Assembly (NCBI GenBank): GCA_963751215.1
Contig: CAVVTV010000025.1
Coordinates: 130,665 to 194,664 of the forward strand
Direction: 5' to 3'
Source: an uncultured Thermoleophilia bacterium
GTDB taxonomy: Bacteria; Actinomycetota; Thermoleophilia; UBA2241
DNA length: 64,000 nucleotides
Part shown: positions 56,684-64,000 of the stretch, piece by piece
Layout: the number at the start of each line of letters is the position of its first letter
Position numbering within the stretch: position 1 is the stretch's first letter
Translations under genes and position numbers: made by a program
Notes under the pieces: model-generated
Database searches by the model: none
Told to the model about the DNA's origin: nothing
What the model saw: the letters and a program-made list of their open reading frames with translations, nothing else

Positions 56684-56940
56684 ACAAGGGCGCCATTATA
56701 GCGCGAAGCGGAGCGCCGAGATCGGCCATGGGTCGCCGCCGATCGCCGACGACTGCCATCGCCAGGCGGGGCCGAACTGGCGCACCGCGCCACGCAAGGG
56801 TAATGGTTGACAGGCGCGGGTGGGTGAGCGGCGGCGGGACCGCCGGCAAACGCTTTCCCCCTCGCACCCGCGGGGAAGAGACGCGGGTACGCCGCCGTTG
56901 CGCGAGCGCCAGCATCTGCCCCCGAGACCAAGGGACTCTC

Positions 56941-57495
56941 ATGAGCAACGATCCTTACGACAGACTGCCACAGGTACGGTCGTTCCGACTCACCAGCGAC
57001 GACGTGCGCGACGGCGATGAGATGCCGCGGCCACATGTGAGCGAGAGCTCGGGCGGCGACAACCTCTCGCCGCAGCTCTCCTGGTACGGCTTCCCGCCCG
57101 AGACGCGCAGCTTTGTAGTCACCATGTACGACGCCGACGCGCCCACACCCAGCGGCTTCTGGCATTGGGCGATGGCCGATATCCCGGCCGGCACCACCTC
57201 GCTGCCGCGTGGCGCCGGCAGCCCCGGCAAGAGCGGTCCCGACGGCCTGCCGGCCGGCGCCTTTCACGTGCGCAACGACGCCGGCCTTGCCGGCTACCTG
57301 GGTGCCGCACCGCCGGAGGGGCACGGCAGGCATCGCTACTTCATCGCCGTGCATGCCGTCGACGTGGAATCGCTGGGCCTGGGCGCCGACGCCACTCCGG
57401 CCTACCTCAGCTTCATGCTGTTTGGTCACACGCTGGGCCGCGCGCTGATGGTGCCCTGGTTCGAGGCGAGGTCCGGAGAGCAGCAGGTGGCCTGA
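56941..57495 (+). CDS. YbhB/YbcL (PEBP, Raf-kinase-inhibitor-like) family protein
   Basis: ATG at 56941. SPQLSWYGFPPETRSFVVTMYDADAPTPSGFWHWAMADIP...GHGRHRYFIAVHAVD is the PEBP signature. Confidence 0.8.
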   Translation: MSNDPYDRLPQVRSFRLTSDDVRDGDEMPRPHVSESSGGDNLSPQLSWYGFPPETRSFVVTMYDADAPTPSGFWHWAMADIPAGTTSLPRGAGSPGKSGPDGLPAGAFHVRNDAGLAGYLGAAPPEGHGRHRYFIAVHAVDVESLGLGADATPAYLSFMLFGHTLGRALMVPWFEARSGEQQVA

Positions 57496-58724
57496 GCGCG
57501 GCCACCGTCGGCCGCCTCGTCGCAGGCGCCTCCGGCCGCACAGCCGCCGAGAAAGACCTCGAGCGGTACACCGCCCTCGCCGACCAGCGTCACATCCCGG
57601 GGGGAGTACCGCGCTGCGAACCTGGTGAGGCCGGCAGCGTCGCGCTTGCGCGGCCGGCCGCTCTTCACCTCAATGGCGGTGAGTGACCCGGCAGCCTCGA
57701 CGACGTAGTCCACCTCGAGGTCTCCCTCGCGCCAGTAGTGCAGCCGCCGAGTCGGGTCTTCAGCCGCCAGGGCCACGAGGTGGGCGCCCACCGCCGTCTC
57801 CACGAGCCGGCCCCAGTGGTCACGGTCGGAGCGCGCCTGTTCAAGGGGGAGGCCCTTCACAGCACTGTGCAGTGCCGTATTGAGCACCAGGAGCTTGGGC
57901 GACGAGCCACGTTTGCGCACGGCCCGTCCCGAGTACTTCTGCAGCCCCACGATCAGCCAAGCGTCGGCCAGCCGCCTGAGGTACTCGGCAAGAGTGGTGG
58001 TGTTACCGGCATCCTGCAACTGGCCGACCAGCTTGCTATAGCTCACGATCTGCCCGGAGTAGTCACAGCCGAGATAGAAGAGCTGGCGCAGCAGCGCGGG
58101 CTTGTCTATGCGGCCCAGAGAAAGCACGTCGCGCGACACGGTCGTCTCAATGATGGAGTCGAGCACGTAGCTGCGCCAGCGGCCGAAGTCGTGGACGAGT
58201 GGAGCCGCACCGGGGTAGCCGCCGTAGAAGACGTAGGTGTCGCAGTCCCAGCCGAAGGCGTCGCGGCATTCTGACAAGCTCCAGTGGGTCGCTGGCAAGG
58301 TCTCGAAGCGGCCCGCTAGTGACTCCTCCATCCGTTTCCTCACGAGCAGCGGCGACGAGCCCAGGAGGACCAGGCGCAGATCGCGACCCTCCCGTGTGTC
58401 GCGATCCCAGTTCGCCTTCACGCGCTCCGCCCAGCCCGGGATCTTGTGCACCTCGTCGAGCACGAGCACGGCCAGCTCGCTGGGAGAGGTGGAGGCACGC
58501 GCGATGCTCCATTGCTCGTCGATCCAGATCGCGGAGGGTAGCAACGGCTCGTCGCCTGAGGCGTAGTGAACCGGCGTGCCCTGTGCCCCCAAGTGGGCTC
58601 GCGCATGCAACACAGCGGTGGTCTTGCCCACCTGCCGCGGGCCGAGAATGGCCTGCACGAAGCGGCGAGGCTCGCCGAGGCGTTCGAGTAACCTCGCCAC
58701 AAGCGGACGTTCAAAAGTGGCCAT
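57426..58724 (-). CDS. AAA-domain ATPase with a C-terminal DUF4143 domain
   Basis: ATG at 58724. Walker A is GPRQVGKTT, Walker B is VLVLDEVH, and a DUF4143-like C-terminus follows (…LHYWREGDLEVDYVVE). The ORF-track N-terminal extension overlies the promoter palindromes and is rejected. Confidence 0.8.
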   Translation of the reverse strand: MATFERPLVARLLERLGEPRRFVQAILGPRQVGKTTAVLHARAHLGAQGTPVHYASGDEPLLPSAIWIDEQWSIARASTSPSELAVLVLDEVHKIPGWAERVKANWDRDTREGRDLRLVLLGSSPLLVRKRMEESLAGRFETLPATHWSLSECRDAFGWDCDTYVFYGGYPGAAPLVHDFGRWRSYVLDSIIETTVSRDVLSLGRIDKPALLRQLFYLGCDYSGQIVSYSKLVGQLQDAGNTTTLAEYLRRLADAWLIVGLQKYSGRAVRKRGSSPKLLVLNTALHSAVKGLPLEQARSDRDHWGRLVETAVGAHLVALAAEDPTRRLHYWREGDLEVDYVVEAAGSLTAIEVKSGRPRKRDAAGLTRFAARYSPRDVTLVGEGGVPLEVFLGGCAAGGACDEAADGGRAQATCCSPDLASNQGTISARPSV

Positions 58725-58740
58725 ATGCAGGGATCCCATC

Positions 58741-58790
58741 ATGTACTCAGTGTACTGAGTAATGTTACTCAAGACACTGAGTAATGTCAA
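58741..58790. promoter_or_regulatory. Two inverted repeats (TACTCAGT-gt-ACTGAGTA and TTACTCA-agacac-TGAGTAA) in a lower-GC stretch just upstream of the AAA ATPase gene
   Basis: Seen directly in the sequence. A plausible operator pair. Confidence 0.35.
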
Positions 58791-58858
58791 ACGACGGCAG
58801 AGCACGTAAGGCCCGCAGCGCGCAGAACCTGCCCCTGCCGGCGCACGTCTGCGCCGCG

Positions 58859-60337
58859 CTAGTGATGAAAGCCGCCGCCCGTCTCGGCCAGCGGCGCGCG
58901 CAGCCTCTCGAGGTGCTTGACCTTCTTCGCGAGGTCTTCGAGCAGCATGTCGGCCACATCGCGGGTCATGTCGCTGCGCACCACTACGCGCAGCGCCGCG
59001 AGGTCCTCGCGGTTCTTGGGAAACGTGTAGGCCGGCACCTGCCAGCCGCGCTCGCGCAGCGACGCCGAGACGTCGAAGACGGTGAAGTTCTTCACCTCAT
59101 CCTTGAGCTTGAAGGCGAAGACCGGCAGCTCGTCGCCCCTGGTGAGCAGCTCAAAGGGCCCCATTTTGGCGATCTCCCCCGACAGGTACGTGGCCACCTT
59201 GCGGGCATAGCCCTGCACGCGCCGGTAGCCTTCAAAGCCGAGCCGCAGGAAGGTGTAATACTGGGCCACCACCTGCGAGCCGGGGCGCGAGAAGTTGAGC
59301 GCAAAGGTGGGCATGGTGTCGCCGAGGTAGTTGACCCAGAAGATGAGGTCGTCCGGCAGCGCGGCGGCGCCCCGCCAGACGGCCCAGCCCACGCCCGGGT
59401 ACACCAGCCCGTACTTGTGACCCGACGTGTTGATGGACTGCACGCGCGGCACGCGAAAGTCCCATTCCAGCTCGGGATCCAGGAAGGGAGCGATCATGCC
59501 GCCGCTGGCGCCGTCAACGTGTATCGGGATGTCGAGCCCCGTGCGCGCCTGCAGGTCGTCGAGCAGCTCGGCGGTCTTCTTCACGTCTTCGTAGCTGCCG
59601 TCGAAGGTGGAGCCCAGCACCACCACCACGCCGATGGTGTTCTCGTCGCACAGCTTCACCGCCTCTTCGGGCGACAGATGGTAGCGCTCGCCCTCCATGG
59701 GCACCAGACGCATCTCAACATCCCAGTAGTTGGCGAACTTGTCCCAGCACACCTGCACGTTGATGCCGGTGACGAGGTTGGGTCTGTCGGCGGGCTTGCC
59801 CGCGGCACGGCGCCTCTGCTGCCAGCGACGCTTGAGGGCCAGACCGCCGAGCATCGCCGCCTCGCTGGAGCCGGTGGTGGAGCAGCCTGTCGCCTCGCTC
59901 GCCCGCGGCGCGTGCCAGAGGTGGCTCAGCATGTTCACGCAGCGCATCTCCATGATCGCCGTCTGCGGATACTCGTCCTTGTCGATCATGTTCTTGTCGA
60001 AGGTCTCGGCCATGAGCTTGTCGGCGAATGAGTCCATGGAGGTGGTTACAAAGGTCGCCAGGTTAAGGCGGGCGTTGCCGTCGAGCATGAGCTCGTCGTG
60101 AACGATCTGGTACGCCACGTCGGCCCGCATCTCGGCGGCGGGCAGCTCGCGGCGAGGTACGCTATCCGCCTCGGCCGAGAAGACGGAGTCCAGGGCGGCG
60201 TTGCGCCGGCGTTCACGCGGACCTTTGGGGTGTTGCAGCGCCACTGGACCTCCTCGCGTTCGGCGGGACACGCCTGTGCCTACCCGCCGGCGCATCCTCC
60301 GATACGTATCGTCCCGCCGCGCCGGCGGCGTAGACAA
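58859..60337 (-). CDS. Glutamate decarboxylase (group II PLP decarboxylase)
   Basis: ADVAYQIVHDELMLDGNARLNLATFVTT is the GAD N-terminal signature, and SINTSGHKYGLVYPGVGW is the PLP-Lys motif. The start could be 60337 or an internal Met 13 codons downstream. Confidence 0.9.
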   Translation of the reverse strand: MSTPPARRDDTYRRMRRRVGTGVSRRTRGGPVALQHPKGPRERRRNAALDSVFSAEADSVPRRELPAAEMRADVAYQIVHDELMLDGNARLNLATFVTTSMDSFADKLMAETFDKNMIDKDEYPQTAIMEMRCVNMLSHLWHAPRASEATGCSTTGSSEAAMLGGLALKRRWQQRRRAAGKPADRPNLVTGINVQVCWDKFANYWDVEMRLVPMEGERYHLSPEEAVKLCDENTIGVVVVLGSTFDGSYEDVKKTAELLDDLQARTGLDIPIHVDGASGGMIAPFLDPELEWDFRVPRVQSINTSGHKYGLVYPGVGWAVWRGAAALPDDLIFWVNYLGDTMPTFALNFSRPGSQVVAQYYTFLRLGFEGYRRVQGYARKVATYLSGEIAKMGPFELLTRGDELPVFAFKLKDEVKNFTVFDVSASLRERGWQVPAYTFPKNREDLAALRVVVRSDMTRDVADMLLEDLAKKVKHLERLRAPLAETGGGFHH

Positions 60338-60418
60338 CCCGCACGCCCTGCGCTACCGTGCGTTCGGTCTACGGCACCCCTCGCGGCAGCCTGCCTGCGG
60401 CTGGTATTGTGACCGGCG

Positions 60419-61870
60419 ATGTTCAATATCCCTGCTTATATCATCGTCCTGCTGTTTCTGGCCTATACCGCCGCGCTCATCGTGCTGCTCATCAGCGACG
60501 ACCGCGAACCGGCCATCACCATCGCCTGGCTGTTCATCCTCATGTTCGTGCCTGTCATCGGCGTGTTCTTCTACATCTTCTTCGGCCGCGACTGGAAGGT
60601 CGTGGCCCAGCGCACCGGCTGGGTGTCGGCGCTGCGCGTGGTGCGCGTGGAGGCCATGGCGCCCATCTACCGGCGCAACGCGGCCGCCGAGATGCGCTTC
60701 CGCAGGGAATGGGCCGGCAGCACCGCCGACAAGGTCGCCAGAGCCATCGGCGCCGAGGACGTCGTGCACGTGCTGCCGGCGCGCTCGCTCGAGCTCTTCG
60801 TGGCCGGCGGCGCCAAGTTCGCGAGCCTCAAGAACGACTTGGCGCAGGCGCGGCGCTTCATCCACCTGCAATACTTCATCTGGGAGCAGGATCGGCTCAC
60901 CGCCGAGATCACTCACATCCTTCTCGACCGGCTCGCGGCCGGCGTAGAGGTGCGCATCATGTTCGACTGGTTCGGCAGCCTGGCGTTCAAGAAGCGCGAG
61001 CTGCAGCGGCTCGCCCAGGCCGGCGCCCAGGTGCGCGCCGACATCACCGACCTGGCCCGCATCAACTACCGCAACCATCGCAAGATCGCGGTGATCGACG
61101 GCGACGTGGGCTACACGGGCGGCATGAACATGGGCCAGGAGTACATCGACGGCGGTCAGCGTTTCGCCACCTGGCGCGACACCCACGTGCGCATCACCGG
61201 GCAGGCGGTGGCCGAGCTCGAGAAGCTCTTCGCCTCGCGCTGGTTCGAGCACCGCCGAGACCGCGAGAACCTCTTCGGCGAGCAGTACATGCCCGCCGCG
61301 GAGGCCCATGCGGAGCGCGAGGGGATCCTCGTCGAGGCCGCCGCCCAAGGCGTGGAAGATCCCTGGGAAGCCGCGCGCCGCGCGCACATGATCGCGATCG
61401 CCCAAGCCAAGCGCTCCATCTATGTGCAGTCACCCTACTTCGTGCCCGACTACAGCCTCTACGACCTTCTCATCAATGGCGCGCTGGCCGGCCTCGACGT
61501 GCGCTTCATGATGACCGGCGTCCCCGACAAGAAGACCGCCTTCTGGGCGGCGCACACGTACTTCCGCAAGCTCATCGAGGCCGGGGGCCACATCTACCTG
61601 TACCAGGCCGGCTTCTTTCACTGCAAGACGATCGTCGTGGATGGCAACCTGAGCGCCGTGGGCACTATGAATATGGACAACCGTAGTCTCAAGCTTCACA
61701 AGGAGCTCATGCTGTGGGTGTTTCACGAGCCCTTCGCACAGCAGGTGCAGCAGTCGTTTGTGTCCGACATGGCGCATTGCCACGAGGTGACCATGGAAGA
61801 CGTGCTCGCGGTGGGCCGCCTGAGACACTTTCGCAATCAGGCGGCGCGGCTCTTCTCCAACGTGCTCTGA
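60419..61870 (+). CDS. cls: Cardiolipin synthase (PLD superfamily)
   Basis: Two N-terminal TM helices and two HKD motifs (HRKIAVIDGDVGYTGGMNM, HCKTIVVDGNLSAVGTMNMDNRS). Confidence 0.9.
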   Translation: MFNIPAYIIVLLFLAYTAALIVLLISDDREPAITIAWLFILMFVPVIGVFFYIFFGRDWKVVAQRTGWVSALRVVRVEAMAPIYRRNAAAEMRFRREWAGSTADKVARAIGAEDVVHVLPARSLELFVAGGAKFASLKNDLAQARRFIHLQYFIWEQDRLTAEITHILLDRLAAGVEVRIMFDWFGSLAFKKRELQRLAQAGAQVRADITDLARINYRNHRKIAVIDGDVGYTGGMNMGQEYIDGGQRFATWRDTHVRITGQAVAELEKLFASRWFEHRRDRENLFGEQYMPAAEAHAEREGILVEAAAQGVEDPWEAARRAHMIAIAQAKRSIYVQSPYFVPDYSLYDLLINGALAGLDVRFMMTGVPDKKTAFWAAHTYFRKLIEAGGHIYLYQAGFFHCKTIVVDGNLSAVGTMNMDNRSLKLHKELMLWVFHEPFAQQVQQSFVSDMAHCHEVTMEDVLAVGRLRHFRNQAARLFSNVL

Positions 61871-61889
61871 CACCCGGGCAAGGGGATCA

Positions 61890-63092
61890 ATGGTGAGCTC
61901 GAGCGGCCGCGAAGATCCCCCTTCGGTGTCGGGCGGCGAGCCACCGGCGGCACCGGGCGGCACGCCCGCGGGCAGCGGCGCGCCGGCGTCCGGTGACGCA
62001 CCGGCGCCGGCGGGCGCGCCGGCGCCCCGCGGCGCGCAACCGACACCGCGCATGGTCAAGGTCCCCGGCCGCCGCCGGGTCATCACCGTGCGCCGCATGC
62101 TCGTGCTTGGGGTAACGGGGATCGGACTCTATGTGGTGTACCCCAGCCTCGCCAGGGTCTTCTCCGCAAGTCCCCTACTGGCCACCGTCAACCCGCTCTG
62201 GGGCATCCCCATTGTGGCCGCCGAGGTGGCCAGCTTCGTCTGCATCTGGGCGCTGTTGCGGCTCGCACTCGGCGTGCGCGAATGGTTCCCTATCGCCAGC
62301 GCGCAGCTCGCCAGCAACGCGTTCAGCCGCATCGTGCCGGGCGGCGTGGCGGCCGGCGGGCCCATGCAGTTCGACATGCTTAACCGGGCGGGCATCAAGC
62401 CTGCGCGCGCCGCTACGAGTGTCACCACCGTTTCGCTCATCTCCACCGCCACGCTGCTTGCACTGCCACTGCTCAGCATCCCCGCCATCATCATTGGGGG
62501 GGTACCGGTGAACCGCAGCCTCCTGGAGGTGGGCTCCATCGCCGTCGCGGTCTGCGTGGCGGCCATGGCGGGCGGTGCCGTGCTGCTATTCGCCGACCGC
62601 CCCCTGCGGGCCATCGCCGTGGTCATCCAGGCCGGCCGCAATCGTGTCATGCGCCAGCATCCGCCGCTGCACGGCCTGCCCGCCCACCTGGTCGACGAGC
62701 GCGACCTCATCCGCGGCGTGCTCGGCAGCGGCTGGTGGAAGGCTCTGCTGTACGCCGCCGGCAACTGGCTGCTCGACCTCACTGCCCTGCTCCTCGCCCT
62801 GGCCGCGGTGGGCGCCCGGCCGCGCGCCTCGCTGGTACTGCTCGCCTACGTGGTGGCCGCCTTCCTCGGCATGGTCCCCATCACCCCCGGCGGGCTGGGT
62901 TTCGTGGAGGCCGGTCTCACCGCCACCCTGGGTCTGGCCGGCATCAGCGCCGGCCAGGCGTTGCTGGCCACGCTCGTCTACCGCCTGGTGGCCTACTGGC
63001 TGCCCATGCCGGTGGGCGCCGTGGCCTACACGCTGCACGCCATCCGCTACGGACGGCGGCGCTCAGGCGGGCAACGCTCCATCCCGTTGTAG
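61890..63092 (+). CDS. Lysylphosphatidylglycerol-synthase-TM-region (flippase-like) domain membrane protein
   Basis: A Pro/Ala/Gly-rich N-terminus is followed by eight TM helices with a PF03706-like pattern (…LAYVVAAFLGMVPITPGGLGFVEAGLTATL). It lies adjacent to cls. Confidence 0.65.
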   Translation: MVSSSGREDPPSVSGGEPPAAPGGTPAGSGAPASGDAPAPAGAPAPRGAQPTPRMVKVPGRRRVITVRRMLVLGVTGIGLYVVYPSLARVFSASPLLATVNPLWGIPIVAAEVASFVCIWALLRLALGVREWFPIASAQLASNAFSRIVPGGVAAGGPMQFDMLNRAGIKPARAATSVTTVSLISTATLLALPLLSIPAIIIGGVPVNRSLLEVGSIAVAVCVAAMAGGAVLLFADRPLRAIAVVIQAGRNRVMRQHPPLHGLPAHLVDERDLIRGVLGSGWWKALLYAAGNWLLDLTALLLALAAVGARPRASLVLLAYVVAAFLGMVPITPGGLGFVEAGLTATLGLAGISAGQALLATLVYRLVAYWLPMPVGAVAYTLHAIRYGRRRSGGQRSIPL

Positions 63093-63150
63093 CGGCACGG
63101 AGATCTCATTGGAGCGCTACAGTGCGGGCAAAGCGGGTAGCGTGCAGCCA

Positions 63151-64000
63151 TGAGCGACGAATGGCGCGTCGAGCACGACAGCATGGGCGAGGTTCGCGTG
63201 CCCGCGGAGCACTATTGGGGCGCCCAGACTCAACGCTCCGTGGAGCACTTTCCCATCGGCACCGCCAGGTTCCGCCTGGGGCGCCCGGTGATCCGCGCCC
63301 TGGGGGTTCTCAAGCTGGCCGCGGCACGCGCCAACGAGGAGCTCGGCCTGCTGCCGGCCGACCAGGCCGAGCTCATCGCCGGCGCCGCGCAAGAGGTCAT
63401 CACGGGGGCCCTGGACGAGGAGTTCCCGCTCGTCGTCTTTCAAACGGGCTCGGGCACACAGAGCAACATGAACGCCAACGAGGTCATCGCCAACCGCGCC
63501 AACGAGATGGCCGGCGGTGCCCGCGGCGCGGGCCGCCCCATTCACCCCAACGATCACGTGAATCTCGGCCAGTCGAGCAACGACACCTTTCCCACGGCGA
63601 TGCACATCGCCGCCGCGGAGCAGATCGAGGATGTGCTCATACCTGCCGTCGCGGAGCTGCGCGATACCCTGCGGGTCAAGGCGGACGATTTCGCCGGCGT
63701 AGTTATGGTCGGCCGCACTCATCTGCAGGATGCCACACCGCTCACCCTCGGCCAGGTGATCTCCGGCTGGGTCGCGCAACTCGACCAAGCTCTCGCCACC
63801 GTGAGAGGCGTCCTGCCGGCGCTGCACGAGCTCGCCCTGGGCGGCACGGCCGTTGGTACCGGCCTGAACACACACCCTCGCTTCGCCGCCATGGCGGCGC
63901 GTCACATCTCGGCACTCACCGACAAGGAGTTTCGCCCGGCGCCCAACTTCTTCGCCGCCCTCGCCGCGCACGACGCCATCGTCAACGCCAGCGCCGCGCT
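63151..64000 (+). CDS. fumC: Class II fumarate hydratase / aspartase-fumarase family. Partial: the 3' end is outside the window.
   Basis: [37 protein letters not shown]...[19 protein letters not shown]...[14 protein letters not shown] matches FumC almost position by position. The ORF track does not list it because no stop lies in the window. Confidence 0.85.

Noticed and set aside
63117-63971. A minus-strand 284-aa ORF
   Set aside because: It is antisense to a textbook class II fumarase N-terminus on the plus strand.

Overview
This is a very high-GC (~70%) bacterial chromosomal segment, and it is gene-dense on both strands. From the gene content it looks like an anaerobic, Actinobacteria-like organism; that is an inference. 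All calls rest on reading the six-frame translations for conserved motifs. No database search was run.

Gene content in order:
- 1-7 kb: a partial PLP decarboxylase, a universal stress protein, glpK, a DUF72 protein and a polar-amino-acid ABC transporter (substrate-binding lipoprotein, permease, ATPase).
- 7-14.6 kb: small hypotheticals, a secreted coiled-coil protein, two EamA/DMT permeases, a membrane PAS sensor with a histidine-kinase-like ATPase domain, a radical-SAM/SPASM enzyme and a nitroreductase.
- 14.6-24.8 kb, minus strand: a ~10 kb translationally coupled operon that I judge the most interesting system in the window. Reading 5' to 3' it encodes a Cys-rich unknown protein, a DRTGG protein, NuoE-like, NuoF-like, a NuoG/FdhA-like subunit that has lost its catalytic residues, SudB/NfnA-like, GltD/NfnB-like, a second DRTGG protein, a histidine-kinase-like ATPase and a PAS-less HydS-type sensory [FeFe]-hydrogenase homologue. 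There is no catalytic hydrogenase and no formate dehydrogenase active site. The likeliest reading is a regulated flavin-based electron-bifurcating (Bfu-like) NAD(P)H/ferredoxin oxidoreductase with an unusual subunit combination.
- 25-28.5 kb: a secreted transglycosylase-like protein, a DJ-1/PfpI protein and a Cys/Met-metabolism PLP enzyme.
- 29-35 kb: a giant frameshifted secreted BNR-propeller/IPT protein, a lipoprotein and a frameshifted GT-C-like membrane protein.
- 36-44 kb: a DUF2089 operon, then an aromatic amino-acid fermentation operon (iorA, iorB, phenylacetate-CoA ligase, two aminotransferases) and a nitrilase-family hydrolase.
- 44.5-52 kb: an ArsR/SRPBCC pair with its operator palindrome, a BrnT/BrnA-like toxin-antitoxin pair, an SDR, a DrrAB-like ABC exporter with DUF4097 and RHH proteins, and a VOC protein.
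- 52.4-56.7 kb: a lower-GC islet with a RES/Xre toxin-antitoxin pair, MarR with a perfect operator palindrome, a TIM-barrel hydrolase-like protein, an integrase C-terminal remnant, a pRiA4b-ORF3-like protein and tRNA-Ala(TGC). This looks like a decayed integrative element.
- 56.9-64 kb: a PEBP protein, an AAA/DUF4143 ATPase, glutamate decarboxylase, cardiolipin synthase, an LPG-synthase-TM-domain protein and partial fumC.

Three apparent frameshifts sit in G/C homopolymers, which suggests assembly indels rather than three real pseudogenes. Many long Arg/Ala/Pro-rich ORFs in the six-frame track lie antisense to real genes and were rejected as GC-content artefacts.
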